A stretch of 64,000 nt of DNA from Spirochaetia bacterium (GTDB lineage Bacteria; Spirochaetota; Spirochaetia; DSM-27196; Salinispiraceae). The notes beneath the pieces were generated by a model. That model saw only the letters and a list, made by a program, of their open reading frames with translations. It was not told the origin of the DNA and did no database searches. The DNA lies in assembly GCA_038204425.1 (NCBI GenBank), contig JBBRCZ010000001.1:384001-448000 (forward strand), in the 5' to 3' direction. This document shows, one piece after another, positions 26,801-36,055 of this stretch. Each line of letters starts with the position of its first letter. The stretch's first letter is position 1. A program made the position numbers and the translations under genes.

Positions 26801-28567
26801 ATGAGCCAACACGAAGACGCAAACAGCCCCAAGACAAGTGAAGATTCGCTTAAGACAGCAACTGATTTTATTCGCAGCAAAGTCAAGGAAGATCTTGGGT
26901 CAGGCCGATTTACCACTATCAAAACACGCTTTCCACCAGAACCAAACGGTTACTTGCATATTGGACATGCCAAAGCAATCTGTACCGACTTTGGCGTAGC
27001 TCGTGATTTTGACGGGCTTTGCAATTTGCGCTTTGACGATACTAACCCCAGCAAAGAAGAACAAGAATATGTCGATAACATTATGTTTGATGTGCGTTGG
27101 TTGGGTTTTGACTGGCAAGATCGCTTGTACTACGCCAGCGACTACTTTGCTCAACTTTATGAATGGGCAGTGCTCATCATTAAAAAAGGCCTAGCTTATG
27201 TTGAAGACCTGAGCTCAGATGAGATCAGCAAGGGACGAGGTACGCCGACCGAAGCAGGTATAGAAAGCGCCTGCCGTTGGCGCAGCATCGAAGAAAACCT
27301 TAGCCTGTTTGAAGGCATGAAAAATGGCGAGTTTGGCGAAGGAAAACACGTACTGCGTGCCAAAATAGACATGGGTCACAGTAATCTAACTATGCGTGAT
27401 CCGGTAATGTACCGCATTAAGTTTGATGAGCATCATCGCACCGGAAAAACCTGGTGTATCTACCCAATGTATGACTGGGCACACGGACAATCGGACGCTA
27501 TCGAAGGTGTAAGCCATTCTCTTTGCACGCTTGAGTTTGAGAACCATCGACCACTGTATGAGTGGTACTTGGAAGCGATTGGGCTCGAGCATCGTCCACG
27601 ACAGATAGAATTTAGTCGCTTAAACCTTAGCTATACCATGATGTCCAAGCGAAAGCTCTTGGAACTTGTAGAACTTGGCTTGGTTGCTGGATGGGACGAC
27701 CCACGTATGCCGACCCTGTCGGGACTGCGCCGACGCGGTTATAGCCCCGAGGCCATCCGAGAGTTTGTGACAGCCGCTGGACTCAGCCGTAGCGAAGGTA
27801 TGATAGAGCTTGCCATGTTAGAATATTTTGTCCGCCAAGACCTCAACAAACGAGCCATGCGGGTGATGGTGGTAAGCGACCCAATTAAGCTTATAATCAC
27901 CAACTATCCGGCAGATCAAAGTGAGTGGATGCAGACTGAAAATCTTCCCGAAGACAAAAACGCCGGCACGCGACCAGTGCGTTTTAGCCGCGAGCTGTGG
28001 ATAGAACGTGAAGACTTTAAAGAAGTGGCAGAAAAGAAATGGTTTAGACTTGCCCCAGGGGCTGTCGTGCGATTAAAAAGTGCCTACTATGTCACTTGTA
28101 CAAACTTTAAAAAAGACGCAGGCGGCGCAGTTGTGGAAGTTCACGCAAGTTACGAGCCAGAATCTTTGGGAGGCGGAACTGGGGACGGACGTAAGGTTAA
28201 GGGCACTATTCACTGGGTTTCTTGTGCGTCTGCCCTGGATGTCGAGTTGCGCCAGTACACGACACTGTTTACATTGGAAGACCTCAATCAGATTCCAGAA
28301 GGCAAAGATTACAAAGACTTTATAAACACCGAGAGTCTGTCAGTCTTGCATGGTAAAGCCGAGCTTTGGCTGGGACAAGCTCGCGTAGGAGACTACTACC
28401 AGTTTATGCGTCAGGGCTACTATGTGCCTGACTCAAAAGACTATGTCAGTTATACCGAGGCTGGACTTGGACTTGCCGAAGCGCAAGGCAAAAAAAACCA
28501 AGCAGCACTGGTATTTAACCGCACCGTTAGCCTAAAAGACACCTGGAGCAAGCTGGCTGCCAAGTAG
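26801..28567 (+). CDS. glnS: Glutamine--tRNA ligase
   Basis: TRFPPEPNGYLHIGHAK, LRFDDTNP, YPMYD, MSKRKL, GWDDPRMPT, FNRTV.LKD. Confidence 0.97.
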   Translation: MSQHEDANSPKTSEDSLKTATDFIRSKVKEDLGSGRFTTIKTRFPPEPNGYLHIGHAKAICTDFGVARDFDGLCNLRFDDTNPSKEEQEYVDNIMFDVRWLGFDWQDRLYYASDYFAQLYEWAVLIIKKGLAYVEDLSSDEISKGRGTPTEAGIESACRWRSIEENLSLFEGMKNGEFGEGKHVLRAKIDMGHSNLTMRDPVMYRIKFDEHHRTGKTWCIYPMYDWAHGQSDAIEGVSHSLCTLEFENHRPLYEWYLEAIGLEHRPRQIEFSRLNLSYTMMSKRKLLELVELGLVAGWDDPRMPTLSGLRRRGYSPEAIREFVTAAGLSRSEGMIELAMLEYFVRQDLNKRAMRVMVVSDPIKLIITNYPADQSEWMQTENLPEDKNAGTRPVRFSRELWIEREDFKEVAEKKWFRLAPGAVVRLKSAYYVTCTNFKKDAGGAVVEVHASYEPESLGGGTGDGRKVKGTIHWVSCASALDVELRQYTTLFTLEDLNQIPEGKDYKDFINTESLSVLHGKAELWLGQARVGDYYQFMRQGYYVPDSKDYVSYTEAGLGLAEAQGKKNQAALVFNRTVSLKDTWSKLAAK

Positions 28568-28586
28568 CATATCAGCCACTATAAGC

Positions 28587-28615
28587 TTGACAATTGCCCT
28601 ACTACAACATAGGCT
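28587..28615 (+). promoter_or_regulatory. sigma70 promoter, leaderless-type
   Basis: TTGACA-N17-TAGGCT, 6 nt before ATG 28622. Confidence 0.65.
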
Positions 28616-28621
28616 TAGAAG

Positions 28622-29398
28622 ATGGTTCGTCTTAAATGTCTTACGCTCAACATGCAAAACGGCCAGGTATGGGATGCAAAGAATCCGGATGAAGCCCCGA
28701 TAGAAATTGAACGGACAGCGCAATTCTTGCGTGAACAAAATGCCGACCTGGTTTTTTTGCAAGAGCTTGAGTTTCCTGAGTCAGATTTTCCTGATAAATC
28801 GCTACACCCCAACTATGATTATTTGCGTAAAGCACTGGAAGGCTACCATACCTGTTTTGCCTATCCTGCCGCCACGCGAGCTCACCTACCCTTTGGCATT
28901 GGCTTGACCATATTTAGCCGCCACCAACTGCGTGATCCCTTCCATGTTGTGCTACCAGCCGCTCTTATTAGCTTTGACTACCGAGGCAGAGACTATGAGC
29001 CAGCCGAACGATCGTTGATTGGAGCCTGGATTGATGTGGATGGCCGGTCAATTAGATTGCTCAATACCCACCTGCAAGCCTATTTTATGATTAACGCCAG
29101 CTCAGATGTCTATCCTGAGCAGCGTCAAGTCTTAGCTAGCGTCTTGACGGGTTCTGACGAGCCAACAATATTGGGTGGCGACTTTAATTGCGCCTCAAGC
29201 GAAAACACTGTCTCGTTTATAGAAAACTACGGCTACAAAACGGTGCAGAATAAAACTATTACCTGGCACCGCATGCCTTTTGTTTTGGATCATATCTTCT
29301 TTAGTAAACATTTTATACTTACCAAAGGCGAGGTAGTTAATACTTTTGTGTCTGACCACAACGCTGTTTCAGCTGTCTTACACCTCGACTTACCTTAG
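28622..29398 (+). CDS. Endonuclease/exonuclease/phosphatase family protein
   Basis: TLN, ADLVFLQE, NTHL, GGDFN, LDHIF, SDH. Confidence 0.88.
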   Translation: MVRLKCLTLNMQNGQVWDAKNPDEAPIEIERTAQFLREQNADLVFLQELEFPESDFPDKSLHPNYDYLRKALEGYHTCFAYPAATRAHLPFGIGLTIFSRHQLRDPFHVVLPAALISFDYRGRDYEPAERSLIGAWIDVDGRSIRLLNTHLQAYFMINASSDVYPEQRQVLASVLTGSDEPTILGGDFNCASSENTVSFIENYGYKTVQNKTITWHRMPFVLDHIFFSKHFILTKGEVVNTFVSDHNAVSAVLHLDLP

Positions 29399-29443
29399 TA
29401 TTCGGAATCGGTAAACATAGAAGCCGCGGTTATTTGAATTATT

Positions 29444-29915
29444 TTAGATTGGGCGTCGTTGTTGTGGTGTCACAAATGCTAATACTGAGTGCAAATGTTT
29501 GGCGTTATACCACTCAACCAAGTGATGGCCCAAGTCCAAACCTAGTTGAATCCAGTGGCCAGTGGCCAACCGTTCCGGTGGTCGGTGTCGTTTAAGTGGC
29601 GTCTTGCTTTCGTGGCGTCGATGTAGAGCCTTTCTTGACTCTCAGCGTCACCCTGCAAGTCTCGCAAACCAGATTAATATGTGCTCCAGCGCTTACCGCC
29701 GCATCAATCCAAGTAAGAATTTTAGATCGTAACTCTATCGAGTTTAATCCTTCTCGCCCACTACAAATCGGGAATCCAACTTTTTCTAGGGTAAGCAAGG
29801 CCACCAACTCGGCCAAGGCTGTATCCTTGCGAATTATTTCCTTTTGCAGCCCACGCACCTGCACTATGAAAACCTTGTTTTCAGTTTTGAGGATATCTTA
29901 TTTGTCGTTCTGGTG
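29444..29915 (-). pseudogene. Degenerate, internally deleted IS3-family transposase relic
   Basis: OrfA tail (LQKEIIRKDTALAELVALL, with in-frame TAA at 29898-29900), OrfB start (RSKILTWIDAAVSAGA..VC), and at 29444-29521 the integrase C-terminal motif LVEWYNAKHLHSVLAFVTPQQR. The DDE core is missing. Confidence 0.75.
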
Positions 29916-29958
29916 AAAGTGAACAATGTGCGGCCCTTATAGTCCAACCATAACGACG

Positions 29959-30108
29959 TCATATTAATGCCAAATCAAAACCACGACTAATACCTAATAT
30001 TTCAGTGATGCGCAGAATAAGCGTGTTGAGTAGCATAAAAACCATCAAAAAAGGAACTACCGCCATCGCAAAGGATAGCGACTTTATGCGCAAACGAGCG
30101 AGGATCAT
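29959..30108 (-). CDS. Putative 49-aa hydrophobic small protein (absent from the ORF track)
   Basis: MILARLRIKSLSFAMAVVPFLMVFMLLNTLILRITEILGISRGFDLALI; starts 37 nt after the cyclase stop on the same strand, with purine-rich AAGGG upstream. Confidence 0.35.
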   Translation of the reverse strand: MILARLRIKSLSFAMAVVPFLMVFMLLNTLILRITEILGISRGFDLALI

Positions 30109-30145
30109 GCGAGCTTACCCTTACAAACTATCTATTAGTTTCGTA

Positions 30146-31258
30146 TCAAGCCTTTACAAGTACCGCTCGCCGTGCCATCGTTTGATAGACACTGACTGCT
30201 TGGCTCTTATTTTTTAACTGCAACTCACCCAAAGGTTGGCACTCATATTTTGTCTTGAGCACTTCAAACAATGCCCCGGTGATTAGGACTTGCCCTTGCG
30301 TAGCAACCTGCTCAAGGCGACTGGCGGTGTTAACTGTGTCACCAATTACGGTGTAATCGAGTCGTTTCATACGTCTGCTGCCAAAGTTCCCCTTAATCAT
30401 ATCACCACTGTTGATGCCAATTGAAACGCCAGGATAGATCGCATTATCACCAAAAGGCTTACCTTGGTATTGGGCTATTCTATTGATAATGCCAAATGCT
30501 GCCTCGACACAGCGTTGTTCGTGTTCTGGTCCCTCAAAGACCACTAAAGCTGCGTCCCCTATAAATTTGTCAATGTTTCCCTCTTGTTCCAAAACTTCAA
30601 CGGCAAACTCGTCAAAATAACAGTTGAGCAAGCTGGAAATGTTCTCTGGGGTTTGTGTTTCTGATAAAGTAGTAAAGTTGCAAATATCTACAAACATCAC
30701 CGTTCCATTGATCCGTCGTGATTCCTCAATGGTTTCGTTGCCTGTACTGGCTTTGTTAATCGAAGCGTCGTGATTCTCTTGAGCGCTGCGGTTTTTAAGG
30801 TAATGCACTATCGATGGATTGACATACATCTTTAGTATGCTGTTTTCACGAGCACTGTGTAATGACTGTTTGATTTGCTCAACAAACAACAAAGTTTTTT
30901 CCATTATTGCGCGTAGATCCTCAAAATTTATCGGTTTTACAATAAAGTCAAATGCTCCGCGATTCATTGAAGTTCTAATATTTTCCATATCACCGTAGGC
31001 TGAGACAACAACGGTTCGAGCAACAGGGTTAATATCCTGGATGTGGCTCATAAGAGTTAGGCCATCCATCTTGGGCATATTTATATCGGTCAATACCATG
31101 TCTATGTCGGGGTGTGCCGCCAACAATACAAGGGCTTCCTCCCCATTCTGAGCAAACAAGAACTTGAGCATACCTTCACGAATCTCATGCCTAAAACGTT
31201 GTTTTATTAGGCGCTCAACGTCGGGTTCGTCGTCTACAACTAAACAGTTTCCCATCAT
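30146..31258 (-). CDS. Response regulator receiver + class III adenylate cyclase
   Basis: REC domain (VVDDE, LTDINMP, SAY, KP) and cyclase motifs MFVDICNFT, DKFIGDA, YTVIGDTVNTASRL. Confidence 0.92.
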   Translation of the reverse strand: MMGNCLVVDDEPDVERLIKQRFRHEIREGMLKFLFAQNGEEALVLLAAHPDIDMVLTDINMPKMDGLTLMSHIQDINPVARTVVVSAYGDMENIRTSMNRGAFDFIVKPINFEDLRAIMEKTLLFVEQIKQSLHSARENSILKMYVNPSIVHYLKNRSAQENHDASINKASTGNETIEESRRINGTVMFVDICNFTTLSETQTPENISSLLNCYFDEFAVEVLEQEGNIDKFIGDAALVVFEGPEHEQRCVEAAFGIINRIAQYQGKPFGDNAIYPGVSIGINSGDMIKGNFGSRRMKRLDYTVIGDTVNTASRLEQVATQGQVLITGALFEVLKTKYECQPLGELQLKNKSQAVSVYQTMARRAVLVKA

Positions 31259-31267
31259 ATCTCCTAC

Positions 31268-31633
31268 CTAGCTTCCCACTATTAAGCTTTTGATCCGCTC
31301 AAAATCCAAGGGCTTTGGAATAAAGCCACTTGCTCCCAAACTAACTGACTTTTGTTGGTAGTCTTCATTGTCGTAAGCACTTATCATATAAATTGGTTTG
31401 ACTATGCCCTTTGATCGCAAGTGTTTGAGTAGTTCCAAACCGCTCATACCTGGCATATTTATGTCAGAAAGAATCATGACAACGTCAGCATCACCACCGG
31501 TCAAAAAATCAATGGCGTGCTCGGCAGAGGTTCTGAAAACAAACTCAACCAGTCCTTCTTTAATCTCGCGTCTAAAGCGTTGTTCAAAAAGTCTGGACAT
31601 AGCTGTTTCGTCGTCAACCACGAGTATTTTCAT
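31268..31633 (-). CDS. Single-domain response regulator
   Basis: VVDDE, LSDINMPGMSG, ISAY, PKP. Confidence 0.92.
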   Translation of the reverse strand: MKILVVDDETAMSRLFEQRFRREIKEGLVEFVFRTSAEHAIDFLTGGDADVVMILSDINMPGMSGLELLKHLRSKGIVKPIYMISAYDNEDYQQKSVSLGASGFIPKPLDFERIKSLIVGS

Positions 31634-33086
31634 CTAGCTTATCCTTTGCCGTTTGTTTCTTTGGAATACCTATCGTAAACGTGGTGCCACTGCCTTCCAC
31701 GGTTTCTAGATCCAGACTGCCCCCATGTTCTTGCGTGATGATTTCGTGGCTCATCGAAAGTCCAAGGCCCGTTCCTTCTCCTGTGGGTTTGGTAGTAAAA
31801 AAAGGAACAAAAAGTTTTTCTTTGACCTCGGCACTCATGCCAATTCCATTGTCAACTATCTTGATGCTCAACTGATCTTCCAGTTCCAAAATTTGCAGCA
31901 CTACTTTTGGTCGATAGTTAGCAATGTTCTGCTTTCTTTTTGCATTGACCGCATAAAATGCGTTGGTGCAGAGATTTATGATTACGCGGGAAATGTCACC
32001 GCGAAGAATCTCAACATGTTGCAGTTCACTTGCACCGACAAACTCGCGTTCAGAAACAAACTCAGATTCCTGTGCTCGGTAGCCGTGAAATGCTAAAGTT
32101 AAGCACTCTTCTGCCAAAGCATTGATGTTCTCAAAGGTAAAGTTGGACGGACCGCTGCGCGAGTGCATCAACATGGACTTGACGATATGGTCACCGCGCT
32201 TACCATGAGTGCTAATGTCTTTCATATTTTGGCTAAGCTCACCTAGCAAATAGTCAACATCTTCGCGGTCCTCTTCAGCCATGTCGCCTTTTACCTTTTC
32301 AAAATGAACCTTAAGTTCTTCCATAAGTTCCAAAGATGACTCAGCAAAGTTGGTAATAAAATTGAGTGGATTTTTTATCTCATGGGCAATACCTGCGGTC
32401 AACGCCCCCAGAGATGCAAGTTTCTCTTGCGAAATGATCTTCTTTTGCGCTACACGCAAGTCACGTAGGGCAAACTCAGCATTCTCTTTTAGAATCTTCA
32501 TTTCGTTACGCTGCACCTTTAGATTGGTGTAGGCTTCTTTAATGTTGGTTAGTAGCTTTTCTAAGGATCCACGATGATAGAACACTACCAGACTAAATCC
32601 AATAGTGACTACAATCATCAAAGGGCTAAAGTTGCCGTAAGATTCTTCATGCGGGCGTATTAGAGCAAATAACAAAAGTGTGGCAAGTAAAAAACCCATC
32701 ACTAGACTTGCAAAACGGTTTATAATAAAGCCTGCTGCGCCAACCAAGACTAAGATTGACATCGTGCCAAACAAAATGTCGTTGGTTAGGTCCGGTCTTT
32801 GGTCCAATATCGCCTGCGTAATTTCTGCCATAAAATTAAACGCACTTGCATAGATAATGAGGCCCAAACTTAAGTTGGCACTCATCTTTTTGGCAAGTTT
32901 TAACAATATGCAGACTATCATAAAGACTATTTGAACAGTGTTTACAATAAGTGACATGGGATCGTCAAGGTCACCACTTAGGAAACCAACTACAAGTCCC
33001 GTAAGAATAAATAAACTAGCAAGATAATACAGGATTGGACTTACATCAGATTCATGTTCAATCCGACTGAGGTTCGATTGCATCAC
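31614..33086 (-). CDS. Membrane sensor histidine kinase
   Basis: About 6 N-terminal TM helices, coiled coil, H-box AGIAHEIKNPLNF, N box NLCTNA, DNGIG, FFTTKP, GTGLGL. Confidence 0.93.
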   Translation of the reverse strand: MMQSNLSRIEHESDVSPILYYLASLFILTGLVVGFLSGDLDDPMSLIVNTVQIVFMIVCILLKLAKKMSANLSLGLIIYASAFNFMAEITQAILDQRPDLTNDILFGTMSILVLVGAAGFIINRFASLVMGFLLATLLLFALIRPHEESYGNFSPLMIVVTIGFSLVVFYHRGSLEKLLTNIKEAYTNLKVQRNEMKILKENAEFALRDLRVAQKKIISQEKLASLGALTAGIAHEIKNPLNFITNFAESSLELMEELKVHFEKVKGDMAEEDREDVDYLLGELSQNMKDISTHGKRGDHIVKSMLMHSRSGPSNFTFENINALAEECLTLAFHGYRAQESEFVSEREFVGASELQHVEILRGDISRVIINLCTNAFYAVNAKRKQNIANYRPKVVLQILELEDQLSIKIVDNGIGMSAEVKEKLFVPFFTTKPTGEGTGLGLSMSHEIITQEHGGSLDLETVEGSGTTFTIGIPKKQTAKDKLDENTRG

Positions 33087-33190
33087 AAAAACTCCCTTGT
33101 AAAAGCTAAAGTATAAGCCATGAAGTAAAAAAAACTATAGCTGTTGAATAGGATTAGTTAACAAAAAATTGTGCTCATTGGACTATAGAT

Positions 33191-33222
33191 AAAAAGGGAG
33201 CTCAGAAGTATTCCTCGCCCCC
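33191..33222 (-). terminator. Possible intrinsic terminator after potD
   Basis: Imperfect GGGGGC...GCTCCC hairpin followed by a T5 run on the minus strand. Confidence 0.4.
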
Positions 33223-33249
33223 AAAAGTCACTCTTCTATATATGTCTAA

Positions 33250-34335
33250 CTACTGTCCGATCTTAATCTCATCTTCCCAAGCTTTGGTGTAGAGGTCCAG
33301 CGCGGATCCAAGTGCCTTGCGAAACTCAAAACTTGAGATGTCTTCGGCGGCATAGAACGGTTTTGATTGGCGCAACGGCGCAGCTTTGGCCGAAACACCC
33401 GGGTAGCCGTAAAGGTCTGCAATTTTGGCCAAGTTCTCAGGACGGTAGATAAAATTGATAAACTTATAGGCATTTTCTACATTCTTAGCATCTTTGAGAA
33501 TGACCATATTGTCCAAGTAGCGAGCGTTTCCGTCTTTGAGTAAAAAGAATCCTACGCCTTGTCGTTTGTCAGCTTCCATTTCAGATAGCACATTTTCGGG
33601 ATAACCCAATGCCACCCAAACGTCTTTGTTGCCAAACAAAGTAGGCATTTGTGAAATGTCAAACTTGAGCGCGATTTCTTTCCACTTCAGGATCAACTTT
33701 GTTGCAGCTGCAATTTCTTTAGGTGCAACCGTGTTTACACTAAAGCCAAGTGAGCGCAATGCGGCAGAAAAAACCTCGCGCGTATCGTCCAAAATGAGCG
33801 TCTTACCCTTGAGTTCTGGGCGAGAGAGAATCTCTACGGAATTGCCTGGATTGGCTACTTTTTCTTTCCAGTACATAATTCCGATAGAGCCGATGTTATA
33901 TGGCACCGAATATTGGTTGCCAGGATCAAAGCTTTGGGTCGCCTCAACCACCCATGTGTCAATATTGCTTAGATTGGGCAGTTTGGATAGATCAAGTTTC
34001 TGAACCAGCCCTTCTTGAACCAAAGCCGGCACAAAGTCTTGAGTAGGAAAGGCAATATCATAGCTCGAACCAGCGGTAATCTTAGTGATCATAGTTTCGT
34101 TTGAATCATATTCTTCGTAGTTTACTGCGATCCCCGTTTCCTTAGTAAAGGCTTCCAGAACTTCTTCTGGCATGTAGGCTTCCCAATTAAAAACGTTGAG
34201 CTCAGTACTTGCGCCAACCTTAGATCCATCACCACCTGATTGTGATTGCTCTGAGCCAGTTTTCTGGCACGACACCAAAAGACTCATCAAAAGTGCAACT
34301 ATGGCTGTCAAAGCCACAACGGATTTCTTCATCAT
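33250..34335 (-). CDS. potD: Spermidine/putrescine ABC transporter binding lipoprotein
   Basis: Lipobox LLVSC, LNVFNW, FTKETGI.V, YDSNE, DPGNQYSVPY, AYKFINF. Confidence 0.88.
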   Translation of the reverse strand: MMKKSVVALTAIVALLMSLLVSCQKTGSEQSQSGGDGSKVGASTELNVFNWEAYMPEEVLEAFTKETGIAVNYEEYDSNETMITKITAGSSYDIAFPTQDFVPALVQEGLVQKLDLSKLPNLSNIDTWVVEATQSFDPGNQYSVPYNIGSIGIMYWKEKVANPGNSVEILSRPELKGKTLILDDTREVFSAALRSLGFSVNTVAPKEIAAATKLILKWKEIALKFDISQMPTLFGNKDVWVALGYPENVLSEMEADKRQGVGFFLLKDGNARYLDNMVILKDAKNVENAYKFINFIYRPENLAKIADLYGYPGVSAKAAPLRQSKPFYAAEDISSFEFRKALGSALDLYTKAWEDEIKIGQ

Positions 34336-34412
34336 ACTCCTCCTGTGTTTCTGCGGGCGCCTTTATACCAAGGCAGCCTTGTCGCATCTTGGCTTGTGAT
34401 TTTTTTTAACTA

Positions 34413-35204
34413 TCATGTTCCTTTAACAAAATACTTCATCAGGTTACGTACCGAAAAAACCAAAACCACAGTAGCAATAACCAATAATACTGAAAGCGCA
34501 CTAATCTCCATAGGTATAGTTTTTTTAACCATTTTGTAAATATACAGCGGAAGCGTTTCAGAGTTTGGGCCTCTCACAAATTGGGTTACCACAAAGTCTT
34601 CTAAAGAGAGCGTTACTGCCATCAAAAAGCCCGAAAAGATACCAGGACTGGCTATTGGCAATATAACGCGTAGCAACACCTGATGTTCCTTGGCCCCTAA
34701 GTCACGCGCCGCTTCAAGCACGGAATCATCAAACTCAGACAAACGTGCGCCAACCATCAACATTACAAAGGGTAAGGTAAAACTAATATGTGCTATAAGT
34801 ATTGAGAACATTCCCAGTTCCAGTCTGATAATTGATGCAAAAAAGATGAGCACACTCACCCCTATGATTATTTCTGGTAAAACAACCGGAACAAAACTCA
34901 AGGCTTGCACATAGCGCTTCCATGGGAACTTGTACCAATGGATAGCTACGGCACCCAATGTTCCAATTATTGTCGCTATTGAGGCGGAACTCAAGGCAAT
35001 AATGACGCTGTTGGCAACAGAATTCCATAGAGATTTTGACTCTCGGCTAGCAGAGAACAGGGCTTCATACCAACGAGTAGAAAACCCCGTAAAAGTAAAA
35101 CCCGGACTTGCGTTAAACGAGTAAAAGGCAAGAACGACCAGTGGAAAAAAAAGAAAGCTGATGGTTAACCAGTAGGCAGCTTTAGAAAATCCAAGCTTCT
35201 TCAT
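34413..35204 (-). CDS. potC: Polyamine ABC permease
   Basis: YSFN, GFSTRWY, LEAARDLGA, LSLEDF, TLPLYIY. Confidence 0.9.
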   Translation of the reverse strand: MKKLGFSKAAYWLTISFLFFPLVVLAFYSFNASPGFTFTGFSTRWYEALFSASRESKSLWNSVANSVIIALSSASIATIIGTLGAVAIHWYKFPWKRYVQALSFVPVVLPEIIIGVSVLIFFASIIRLELGMFSILIAHISFTLPFVMLMVGARLSEFDDSVLEAARDLGAKEHQVLLRVILPIASPGIFSGFLMAVTLSLEDFVVTQFVRGPNSETLPLYIYKMVKKTIPMEISALSVLLVIATVVLVFSVRNLMKYFVKGT

Positions 35205-36055
35205 TTAACTTCCTCCTCGACCAATGTCTTTTGTTGAGATCTATTGAGCAAAAAGTAAACCATCAAACCTAAACTCGTGATAAGCGTCAAAACAACTGCA
35301 ATTGCCGAAGCACGTGGCCAGTTGTTGGCTTTGCCAATGTAGTACGCGATTGAGTTGCCGAGCATGTAGCCATCTTTTCCACCGACTAAATCCGAAATTG
35401 CGTACGAACCTAAAATTGGTATAAAGGTAAATAAAATGGCCGTAATTATGCCACCTCTAATGTTGGGCAAAAGAATCTTCTTGAGACTGGTTAAATGATC
35501 AGCTCCCAAGTCTCTAGCGGCCTCCAAGAGGCCAAAGTCAAACTTTTCTATGGTTGCGTAGAGTGGCAAAATAGCAAATGGCAGGTAAGTATATACATGG
35601 ACAATAATCACAGCCCCAATATTAAACAAAAACTGAATGGGTTCTTGAGTCAACCCAGTCCAACGGAGCAAATCATTGACAAAGCCCTCTCGTCCCAAGA
35701 CAGCCATCCAGGCAAAGACTCTAATTAAAAAATTTACCCAAAACGGAATAATTACCAATACCAAAAGGGTAAGGTTGTTTTTAGTTCGGGCAATGTAATA
35801 CGAAGCTGGCAAGGCGACAAGTATAGTCAAAACCGTAGACACAAGCGCGATGAGAAGCGTGATTCCAACTGTTTTCAAAAATGCAGGGTTACCAAGCGCC
35901 GCAAATCCGTCTAGCGAAAGTTCCGCTTTGACACCGCCAAAGTTGCCGCGACTAAGTACGGAATAGAGAAGTACCATGCCGATCGGTATCAAGAAAAAAA
36001 GTGTTACCCAAGCAAAAAGTGGCAATGAATACCAAACACCGGCTTGTTTTTTCAT
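35201..36055 (-). CDS. potB: Polyamine ABC permease
   Basis: IPFWVNFLIR, YLPFAILPLY, LLEAARDLGA, NWP. Confidence 0.9.
   Translation of the reverse strand: MKKQAGVWYSLPLFAWVTLFFLIPIGMVLLYSVLSRGNFGGVKAELSLDGFAALGNPAFLKTVGITLLIALVSTVLTILVALPASYYIARTKNNLTLLVLVIIPFWVNFLIRVFAWMAVLGREGFVNDLLRWTGLTQEPIQFLFNIGAVIIVHVYTYLPFAILPLYATIEKFDFGLLEAARDLGADHLTSLKKILLPNIRGGIITAILFTFIPILGSYAISDLVGGKDGYMLGNSIAYYIGKANNWPRASAIAVVLTLITSLGLMVYFLLNRSQQKTLVEEEVK

Noticed and set aside
29881..29961. TGA read-through or selenocysteine extension of the 49-aa ORF
   Set aside because: No SECIS-like hairpin recognised, and the extension runs into the IS relic.
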